A stretch of DNA of 64,000 bases from Entomortierella parvispora E1425. Taxonomy: Eukaryota; Fungi; Mortierellomycota. Below the pieces are notes generated by a model. The model did not search any database. It was not told the origin of the DNA and saw only the letters and a list, made by a program, of their open reading frames with translations. The DNA lies in contig BQFW01000004.1 of assembly GCA_020891255.1 (NCBI GenBank), positions 2,232,001 through 2,296,000 on the forward strand. Reading direction: 5' to 3'. The position numbers and the translations under genes are program-made. Each line of letters begins with the position of its first letter. Positions within the stretch are counted from its first letter, which is position 1. Below, piece after piece: positions 37,065 through 47,336 of the stretch.

Positions 37065-38736
37065 GCGGTTCACTCCAACAATAAATCTCTCCTCTCATTT
37101 CTATGCAAAAAAGAGTAAAGGAGGAAAAAGGAAGGAAGACCGGAAGAACGGAGCCATCCTGGCCCCTGTATGCAAAGAAAAAAAGCAAGGAACATAAAGC
37201 AACCCGCAGTCGCTTTACCCCTTGGAGGTCGTGCGAGGATCAACAACGGAGGGGCTGTGGGCAACATCATCAAATGTCTTCTCTGCAGGAGAAACGCGCG
37301 GGCCCATTGATCCAGATCGTCCTGTTTTATTTGTTCCCTTTTTCCTTTTATTTTTTGGGTCCTCTCCTACTCCTTGAGAAGAAGCAAAAAAAAAAAGTGC
37401 CCTCAAGGACATGACGATAGAGACAGAAAGAAAGAAAGGAAGAAGGAAAGAAAAAAAAAACAAAAAAAAAAACGAGGGTTCCTGTCCCTTTTATTATATC
37501 CTTGCCAGCGCATGTGGAAGAATGAAACGGTGTTCTAGCTTCTGCCTTGACGGTAGAGCAGGGAGCAAGGAACGATGGAGAGCGAACAAGGAACAGTAAG
37601 CGGACAAAAAAAAAAGGGAATAACGCGACAAAGAACGAGATGAAGCTGCAGGTCGTCGTCACTTTCCACCAAGAAAAGAAGCAAAGAGGGAGGAGTGGAT
37701 GGGTGAGAACAAGAGAAGGGTGAGGAAGAGGAGAAGAAGAACCATCGGAGAGAAAGAAAGAAGGAAGAGCTCCTGCCAGCAGTTAAGAACCGCTCCCCTG
37801 ACAGATAGGTACATTCAAACAGACGCCAGTGCGTGTCTGCCGTGTCCATATCCATCCATATCCCATATCCCATGCACACATCCCTTTCCCGCCCTTGCTC
37901 ACTTGTCATTTCTCACCCACACCCACCCACCCACACCTGTGTCCATGGACACCATCCCTGCAAGAGACAGAGACAGAGAGAGAGAGAGAGAGAGAAGAGA
38001 GAGTGAGCAAGTGGAAAGAGAGGAAAGAGAAAGAGAGGAAAGAGAAGAGAGGAGCGCCGATCCCTTCCTTCTTGCCTTCTTTGCTTCTTTCTCTTCTTTC
38101 TTTGTCTGCTCACTTACTTTTCCCTTTTCTCATTTTTCTCATTCACCTTTCCCTTTCCCTTTCGTTTTCCTTTCCTTTCCTTCTCTTTTCTTCTCTTTCC
38201 CTGCACCTCCCTTCTTCTCTCCCTCCCTCCCTTCCTTCCTTGCTTCGTTCCTTCCAGCCAGTAATAGATCTGGCTGCCTCCCCTTCCCTTCCTCTCATTC
38301 ATTCATTCATTCATTCGCGTCTACCTCGATCTCCTCCTCGACCCCCATCGGTCATCAGCAACGCGCCTCTTCCCCTATCCCCGTCCACTGCGCCGCTGCA
38401 TTCGCTCTCCATTCCTCCTCCCCAAAAGACACCCCTCGACCTCCATCTCTTCTTACATCTTGCCTTTGCCTCGAGCCTTGAGCCGCGTGCGAGTGCAGGC
38501 ACAGTACCCAAACTGACGAGGCAGGCGCCTCCTCTGTACCGACTTTCCGGTTGATCGCTATCCGTGATTCCGCACAGCTTCGTGACTCCCAGGAAGGAAG
38601 GACTGCATCCCTTTCGACTGGTCCCCAGCCTTTTGCTCTTCCTTTTCTCCCATCTTTTGAGTCGAGTCGTCTCTCTCCCTTTTCGCCGCTCCTTTACCCC
38701 CCACCCCCCAACTTCGAGTCACTGCCCAAGAATACC

Positions 38737-41416
38737 ATGGACACTCAGGAGAAACAGGAGGCCAAGGACAACGAGGATAAATCCTCCACCTCGACCCCGA
38801 CCTCGACTACGAACCTTGCTCCACCGGCTGTTCAGACTCGGCGGCGGTCCAAGATGGCATGCGATACATGTCACTATCGGTGAGTGAATCCTCCTTTTTC
38901 GCCCAATTGGCGCGCCAGCTCCTGCAATCTGAACCTCGGTGGACGGCACGAATAAGAGGCAGAAGGGAAAGATGATATGACAAAGAAAAAAAGAGGCTTG
39001 AGAAAGTGAAGAGAGAAAGAGAGAGAGAGAGAGAGGTGAGTGGATGAGGGTAAAAAAGAGTACCTTCTTCTTCAACCACGCGCTTTCAGCCTGCTTCCTC
39101 GTTCATTTTATGACAGACCCGCCCAAAACAAGGTTCCTCAACTCCGCCCATGTCGCCCATTGAGTCGGCAGTCATTTGGGCCTACTGGTCTTATTGCTTG
39201 CCGAGCGTGTTGCCGAGCGTGCTGCCGAACGTTGATGAGGATGCTCTGCTCCGCTCTGGGCCCTGTCTGTTTCTCTTTTGTCTGCTTATCTGCCTGCGCA
39301 ACCCTGCCTCCTCCTTTCCTTCCTGTATGCGCGTGCCTGTACGTTTTGGGCGGGGGTCGGCGTCAGTTGGTTTCGTCGTGAACCGTTTGCTTTGCCAGCT
39401 GAGTGGGGCATTCGTTTGTGTTTTTATTTTCCTCCAGGAGAAAAACAAAAAAAAAAAAAAATCGATATTCGGCTATTGCAAAAGGAGCAACGCGCTAAAG
39501 GGATCATCGCCGTCCCCCCAGGTCGCCTCGTCTTCACCGTTCCAACGCTTCAGGACACGGAGGATGAAAAACTGCCTGCCCGCCCAATTTTTTTTTCTTC
39601 ATTTTTTTTTGCGCTTATTGCGCGCGACTCTGCGTGTGTGTGCCTCCTTGCCCCCTCAACATGTTGCATCGTCAGTGGATATCCTCTTTTTGACTGGGGC
39701 TTGGGATCTCAGGCATCTCAGGCAATCCTTTCATGCAACGAAAACAAATCTAACTCTCCTTTACCTGTAACCTGTGCATTCGGTCCAGCAAGATAAAGTG
39801 CGATGTCGAGCGCTGCTTTCCCTGTGGCAATTGCGAGAAAAACACAGTCCAGTGCACGATGATGGGACCGACTATGCGTCCTCCGCGATCTGCTTCAGGT
39901 TCATCCTCTGCAGCGGCCGCCGCAGCTGTTGCTGTGGCCATGGCCACTGCTGCCGCTGCTGCAACAGCGGCAGCACCCTCTCTGAACGGTCTGGGAATCG
40001 AAGGCGCTGTCTTGCAAGACTATGATTCAACATGGTCTGCTGTTGCCGAAGAACAGACCCTTGGAGAGACTGCAGTGGAGCAATTGCAAATTGGACAACA
40101 ACAAAGGGTACCGAACTTGCTCGTCCGACGGGCCAGTACATCTGGACAGCCGACACGCATGGACGAGGATATGACCAGTAGTCCTCCGAATTCTTCAGAT
40201 GCATCCAAGCCGAGAAGGACTTTACTCAGCTCATCCTCGTCGCCAACGTCTTTGCGAGCCATGTTCAATTCAGGAGCCGCGACTGCTAGATCGCCAGGGT
40301 CCACTTCGTCATTCCCCTCACTACATTCTCGGCTTTCTATGCAGACGACCCAGGAAAGCGTGGGAAGTGGTGGTCGAAACAACGGACCGCAAGGCACTCA
40401 AATGGAGTTTAACAATGGAAACGCCAACTTGGAATATTTCGATCACCCAGTCACGTATTCGTCAGGGTCCTCCAGCACGTCCTCGACCCCATCCGTTGCC
40501 ACGCACGCCCACTTCAATTCTTTGGACACGATGCCCAGTTCGATTGCTCATCTGATATCGCCCTTGTCCTCGCCTCTTTTTCACACGCAGCCGTCGTCCC
40601 TCCCGCCTACGCCCATGCACGTTCTTGTGGAGCGACCTTCGGAGACCAATATGCCTGGAGGAGTCAGCGGTCTGAATTCAGGACAGGGTCGATTTCCAAC
40701 GCATCCGATGCACTTTCAGCCTGCTCCCCCAAGTCAACATGGTCGGAATGCGGCACCTCGGCGTGCCTCCAGCTCATCCTTTATACCCACGCAACAATCG
40801 ATGGACCATGAAATGAAGGGGGTGCACCACGATCGGCGTACGTCAGCCCCGTGGATTGTCTACAGTCACGGATCCTCGACCTCCACCATGGATAACTGCC
40901 CTCCTCCTGCACAATCTCAACCCCTTGTGGGACAGAATCCTGTCAGCAATTCTAGTAACGCTGGAGGAGGAGGTAGTGGTGGTGTCAGTAGTGGAGGGGG
41001 GATGGGTCAACAACCGTATACGCTCAAGCATTCAGTCAGGAGAACACAGCATGCGACCACGGACGATATCCCGGCCTATCCCAGTCAGTCAATGTTGGTC
41101 CGGTCCAACAGCACCCCGGCTGCACTTCGTTCACCCTTAAAATCGATGACCCGTAATCGACACAGCGCTTTGCCCTCTCGGCGGTCTCAGACAACAGGAC
41201 CAACGAGGCACTCTATGAATCTTTACGCCTCCACAGATAAAATCATCCAGGATCTGTCTCTACCCCAACAAATGTACAGGCACTCCGTGCTACCGCAGCG
41301 GCACTCGAATAACCTCAGTCATTTGCAGTTTCAGCTACACTTGCAACAGCTACAGTTGTCCCAACAGCAGGCACAGTTGGCACAACAACAGGCTCAGCAG
41401 CAGCAACAACAGCAGC

Positions 41417-41447
<31 letters not shown>

Positions 41448-41634
41448 GCAACAACAACAACAGGCTCAGCAGCAACAACAGCAACAACAGCAACAACAGC
41501 AACAACAGCAACAACAATTTCAGCATCATGGTCAACCTCAACAATTTCAGGCGCAAGGTCAACATCCACTGCAAAATACACAACATATACCACCACAGCA
41601 TCAGCATACTCTACATCCACAGCAACAGCACCAA

Positions 41635-41668
<34 letters not shown>

Positions 41669-43065
41669 AACAACAACAGCAAAACCAACCACCCTACCCA
41701 CACCAGACATTTCAACCGCAGGCTCAAACCTTTGCACAGATCAAGACTGGTCATAATAACCAAATATCATTACTTCAACAGCAGCTCAGTAACAGCAACG
41801 GACAACAATGGCAGTCCATGCAATTGCAGCCTCAAAATTTTGGGGACATGGATCCGGCTCTGGTTCAGCAGCATCATCAACATCACTTGAACGCTAATGA
41901 TCTGTCAACAACCCTCAAGTCCGATCCTTCGCTCCTCTCTAGTTCCTTACCGACTACCTTTCGTCGGATCAATCGCTCCCAGGGAACAGTAGGGCCTTTA
42001 ACTGGATTTTTGACAGGAGACTTGATTTGCCACCAACAGCAGCAACAGTCGCTTCATCAAGTCTCTGGTTCTGGAGATATGCCTGTCGACTCTAGCTTTC
42101 AAACTTTTGCTGGACATATTGCCACGACCAACTTTGATCCGAATTTCGTCCTCAGTCAACAGCAACAGCCGCAACCAAATGGTGGCATGAACGGGGCTGG
42201 GGCTGATTTTGTCGGGGATATGTTTTCAGACCCTCATCGTCCAGGTCAAAGCTTGGCTTGCTTACCAGTTCCTGAAGAAGAAGAGACTCTATCGCCACCT
42301 GTGGCTTTGCAGTTTTCAGATGGATACCAGTGGAAACAGGATGAAGAAAGAGAGGCAGCAGCAGTAGCAGCAGCCGTGGCTGTTAACGGACCAATAGCTT
42401 CGTCCTTGTTCTCTGGAGGCTATTCAGCTTCTTCCCGAGGGGCGATGATGAACGGTCGCCACCAAAGCGCCGCCTACCCGTCCTCACAGGACCTGACGGA
42501 AGGCCAGACCAAGGGATACTTGACACGATCGCTACAAGATTTTGGACACTACAGTCCAACGAGCCTGGACGGGCTGGCGGCGATAACAACCACTGCGACT
42601 CTACAGTCATCTCAAGAAACGAGTCATCATCTAGCAGCAGCGCAGTCAAGGCTCTATGGAGGTCAAACAACGACGGCGACGACGACAGATCCACAGTCGG
42701 CAATGAGTGCATTGACGAATGGGGCCGCGACAGTCAGGACTGGCAACGGCAATATGTTGGAGGCTGAGAAACTGGCAGGGTTATTTGCCACGCCATTACA
42801 ACAGCAACAACATCATCAGCAGCAACAGCTAGACGACCAGCAACGACTCCAACTCCAGCTTCAAACCCATCAGCACCACTACCAACACACACACAGTCAG
42901 CCCCAAGGGATTAATGAGCAGCATCAAGAGCTACTGCCCCAGAGCCTGCCAACACCAAATCAGGACATGTATGGGGCATTAGCCTTGGTCATGGACGACC
43001 ACCTGCGTCTGTTTGACGAGATGGAGCTCGTCCAGGACTTGGGTGATTTTGATGGAACTGCGTGA
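38737..43065 (+). CDS. Zn(II)2Cys6 transcription factor with long disordered polyQ body (about 1139 aa)
   Basis: Exon 1 (38737..38879) plus exon 2 (39789..43065) reconstitute RRRSKMA-CDTC-HYRKIK-C-DVERCFP-CGNC-EKNTVQ-C. Intron 38880..39788 is GTGAGT...CAG. Confidence 0.9.
39198..39233. repeat. 12-bp direct repeat x3 (TTGCCGAGCGTG) inside the Zn2Cys6 intron
   Basis: TTGCCGAGCGTG TTGCCGAGCGTG CTGCCGAACGTT, read directly. Confidence 0.85.
41395..41517 (+). repeat. CAG/CAA polyglutamine tract (Q23-A-Q17) in the Zn2Cys6 gene
   Basis: Mixed CAG/CAA codons in frame, with a further Q17 at 41632-41682. Confidence 0.9.
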
Positions 43066-43647
43066 TGTGAACCTGTATAAAAAAAACTGCCCTTTCCTCA
43101 ATAAATATATCATTTTACTTATCGCACATAGGGAGGCTGCAACTGCACCTATCCCTGTGAGGACATGCGACCAAGAAGAATAGATTAGAGAAGCCAACCT
43201 CGGCCTCTGAATGCATCACGTCGCGTCAAGCTTCACCACCCCATCGCGAAATGCCTAGCGATTCCTTTTTATTTTTATTTTTTTCTATTTCTCTTTGCGC
43301 CATGGGCTTTCTAGATAAGAATTGCCCTAAGCGCTTGCATGAACCAAGCGTGCTGCTCTTCGTCATGGCATTGTTTCGCGTGGTGGCAAAACAACAGCCC
43401 ACACGTGTGTCGCTAACAACGAAGGGAGGGAGACTCGCTCATCGCTCACCGAGGGCAATGGATGCACGGCGGAAGTACAAAACAAATTAAAGTTTCGGCT
43501 TTGCCTCCAAAACACTCTTTGTTTTCTTCATTTTGCTCCCCCTCATATTCTCTCATTCTCTCTCTCTCTGTCTGTCCACTTTTCTCTTTCTTTATCTCCC
43601 CTGTCCGTTCGCTCCCTGTATTTCATCCGACACCCAAAGGAGGCGCC

Positions 43648-44331
43648 ATGGAATATTACGATGGCTGGAGTTCACCACAGGCTACAATGTGGATCATCAT
43701 TGTGGCCGCCAATGGTGCCGCAGGGCTTATTTTCCTTATAGTCATGTTTTGGTATTGTTCAAGGCGTCGCCGTGCTTCAGAGTACTCTCAAAGGATTGGT
43801 GTCCAAATGACGCCTGGAGAAGTGGTTAATCCGCTGACGACCGGCCCTTATATTGACGGAACCCTGCCACCGTACTCGGTCGCGACAGTGCCCGTCTATA
43901 CGACAACAGTGCTGACAAGAGGACCCACAGGGATGAGGACGGGGACAGGCGAGGAATTTGTCCTCGTGCCAAGGTCTGCCTTGTTGGCTGGAGGCACGGG
44001 CGTCAGGACCGCCAACGTCAGCTATTACAACCATCCGCCACTCCCTCTGTCCCAGTCAGGGATTGCACATGACATGAACATGAGCGCTATCCGTGAGTCT
44101 TCGGGGGTCTACCTCGCAAGGCCACCACCCCCACCGTCCATGCAGCCCTCGGCCGCAGCACCGACAGGGACAGGACCCGCCACTTCTCAAGTCGACTCCC
44201 CGCAACCACCCGTTTCGGCACAGACCAGGAATCCATTCGAGAGCCAAGCGCAGAACCAAAGACTGGTTCCTGGGGAAGAGGATGCTCCTGAGCTGGATGA
44301 GCACGGTATCCACACCCGCACTCAAGCTTAG
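43648..44331 (+). CDS. Single-pass membrane protein, 227 aa, with cytoplasmic Pro-rich tail and LPPY motif
   Basis: ATG in GGCGCCATG context. Short N-terminus, hydrophobic helix MWIIIVAANGAAGLIFLIVMFWYC, stop-transfer RRRR, then GTLPPYS and PPPPP. Intronless. Confidence 0.75.
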   Translation: MEYYDGWSSPQATMWIIIVAANGAAGLIFLIVMFWYCSRRRRASEYSQRIGVQMTPGEVVNPLTTGPYIDGTLPPYSVATVPVYTTTVLTRGPTGMRTGTGEEFVLVPRSALLAGGTGVRTANVSYYNHPPLPLSQSGIAHDMNMSAIRESSGVYLARPPPPPSMQPSAAAPTGTGPATSQVDSPQPPVSAQTRNPFESQAQNQRLVPGEEDAPELDEHGIHTRTQA

Positions 44332-44603
44332 AAAGAAAGAAAAAGAAAAAAAAAAAAAGGAAGAGCAATAAAGAGAAAGAGTGAAAAAAAACAGAAAACA
44401 AGTCAGGTCACATGCTCCGATCCGGACGGGCTTTGTTCGGCTCCATTCCTCTCGATTTCGCCTCTGGCCGGTGCATGGTCCATTCACCATTGTCTTTTCC
44501 TCTTCTTCTCTCGGACTGCATCATCTCCGCTCCTCCCTCTGCCAATACACTGCCATCCATCTTCCCTGCATCCTCGTTCATCTAAAGTCAGCACTTTATA
44601 CGA

Positions 44604-46539
44604 ATGTCCTCTTCCGGACCGGGGTCGAGCTGGACCAGCAGCCTAAAGGGCGGGTTGCGCTCGCTTCTGCCGACAAGACTAGGAGGCGGAGGAGCCGATG
44701 ACCAGGGCGTTGTCGCGGTTGAAGAGGTCGATCCAAGCATGCATCAAGTCACGGACTATCGGGAAGGAGAGCGCCATGACGTGCATGGAAACCGAGTTCG
44801 GTTTCAAAGAACAGAGTCTCACTCGTCCTCAGAAATGGTACAAACCCCGGAAGAAAGGGAACATGGACGGAAGCAGCAGCAAACTCAACCGCAACAACAA
44901 TTACAACTACAACAGCAACAACAACAACAAGATACCCAGGCACGAGCCCAACTACCCCTCTCCTCCTCTGCCACTGCACCAATACCTCCACAGACGCAAA
45001 CAATGGCCGATCCCAAGCAGAACAAGAAAGATTCGGGAACCGCATTGAGCAGAGCGGTCGCGTCTTTGTCCAAGGCTGTGGTCAATCACGACAATGTGGT
45101 TCTACCGGATTACTACGAACAGTTTCCAGATGTTCTGCCGAGTGTTGTTCTCACCGTCCCTGTTGGACCCCAAGAGATTGCGGTTTCGCGTTCAAATCCG
45201 CTGATTGTGGCTCCTTCTTCGTTGCCTTGGAAGATTTGGCGCGGAGCCGTGGATGGTTTGAAAGGACTGTTCTTCTCTCAAGCTCCAGCAGGTTCTGGAT
45301 CCAGTGAGCCAGGAAAGGATAATGGAGTCGCGCGAGGAACACAGGGGATCCAGAAGGTTGTCATCATTGGCATTCATGGATGGTACCCTCGAAAAGCATT
45401 GCGGACTGTTATCGGTGAACCTACTGGGACGAGTAAAAAGTTTTGTGAAGAAATGGACCTGGCGCTCAAGGAGTATCTGGAAAAACACGGAAAGAGTCTC
45501 GACCCCAAGGATGTGACCCTGATTCCCCTGGAGGGCGAAGGAAAAGTCTTGGAGAGAGTCGACTTGTTATATCGGCAATTGGTTCGGAATATGGAGTGGC
45601 GGCAAGCTGTTCAAGACGCAGACCTCGTCCTTGTCGCAACTCATTCTCAAGGAACACCGACCAGTGTTCTTGTTGTGGCGCAATTGATCAAGGATGGCTT
45701 ACTGAGGGTGAGAGAGGATGATCCAAATAAGCAGCGGATCGGGATGTTGACCATGGCCGGGATCTCGCACGGGCCGTTCCCCTTCTTGAAGGGAAATCTG
45801 ATTGTACGCTGGTTTGAGGCTGAGGCTGCGGGAGAGCTGTTTGAGTTCATGGACTCAAATAGCCACATTGCCCAAAAGTACCGAGACGGGCTTCGGATTG
45901 TACTCTCTTCGGGTGTGCGATTGACATGTGTTGCATCGCTTGAGGACCAAGTCGTACCCCTCTACTCGGCCGTGATGACTTCAATTCATCATCCATCCAT
46001 CGTTCGTGCAGTCTACGTGGACGGCGCTAGTTACCAGAACGACTTTTTGATCAATCTGATCGCCTTTTCTTTGAGACTCAGGAACGCAGGTGTGGACGAC
46101 CATGGCATCTTGGTTCACCTGAGCGAAGTCATTGCTGGAAGCCTCTACGGTGAGGGCCATTCTACAATTTACGAAGAGCGAGAGGTGTACATGTAAGTTG
46201 AACGTCATTATTGTGAATACACCTTTATTTGCAGCAACTAATAACCTTCATGTCCTTAGGCTATCAATTCGATCTCTGCTGGAACCACCAAGCAGCCTGA
46301 CACCAGCCAAGGCTAGGAGCGAACCTATATTGCACCCGTTCCGCGCTAAGCAGCGACTGAACCCCTTCTATTTACCTTGGGGCATGCGAGGCGTTGCGGA
46401 TGAAATCCTTGCCCGTGGAGACCAAATCCTGATCAAGGAATTGGGCCGACTGCAAAAACTCTACAGCGAGTGGAACCCAGTTTCGAAGGGGATGAAAGAG
46501 ATCAAGTTCAGACTAGAGCCAGTTCGATCCAAGCTGTAA
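44604..46539 (+). CDS. YML020W-like alpha/beta-hydrolase-fold protein with C-terminal PTS1 (SKL)
   Basis: Exons 44604..46192 and 46260..46539. Motifs: VVIIGIHGW, GEPTGTSKKF, IPLEGEGKV, VATHSQGTP, MAGISHGPF, LEDQVVPLYSA, GEGHSTIY, NPFYLPWGMRG, EIKFRLEPVRSKL*. Family assigned from recollection of these motifs. Confidence 0.82.
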
Positions 46540-46772
46540 CAGAACCCCTGATGGATTCCAAAGTCCGAGCAAACAAACTAAAACAAGATGATAACCACAC
46601 ACAGTACATTTTCCGTCGCCATCCTCCGCTGTTTTTACGCCATGATTGGCCTCTTTGCCTGCTCTGCTGCCCTTTTCCCTCAGGGTCTTTCAAGACCACG
46701 TTTACGTTTGGATTGCTGATTATGAAATTTGTAAGGGGAAAGACGCGTTGAGATTGAAAAAAAAAAAAAAAG

Positions 46773-46780
46773 GTCACGTG
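46773..46780 (+). promoter_or_regulatory. E-box GTCACGTG upstream of the dehydrogenase gene
   Basis: Follows an A-tract, about 557 bp upstream of the ATG at 47337. Confidence 0.4.
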
Positions 46781-47336
46781 CAGGACTTGCCCGCGACCTG
46801 GCCGGAGAAACCAGGAAGAAAGATTCAAGTCGCGCAGAGACCATCCCAGACGTTGAGGTGAGTGCTGATTGGCAGTGCTATCGATTACACGGCTCTAGCA
46901 CGCCCTCCTTGCTCTTCCGATTCTTTCCTTGCTCCAAGGAGGGCCAAACTCTCTACCTTGTCTCCCAAAGCCAGCGAAATGATGACAAAAAAAGAGTTAT
47001 GGTTGCTTTAGCTTGTAAGGGTCATTCTTGAACCACTCAAAACTCCCAGACTGACTTGCCCTATTCGCCCAATGACCGAAGTTCAAACTCATCTCATCCT
47101 TATCCCTCCTTGGTTTTCTTGGTCGTCCCTCATCCTCGCGAGATGGCCAAATGTTCCAGCAAAAGTATAAGAAGGCAGGGTCTGATCCCCTCCCCCCTTT
47201 TCCGAATTTTTCCTCACACTTTCCTTTTCACATTCAAGCAAAACCCTCAGCTTTCTTTTACAAGAACGAGACAGACCTACCGATAGACGCAACTCTACTC
47301 TCACTCACGCTTACATTCACACACCAACACACAACC

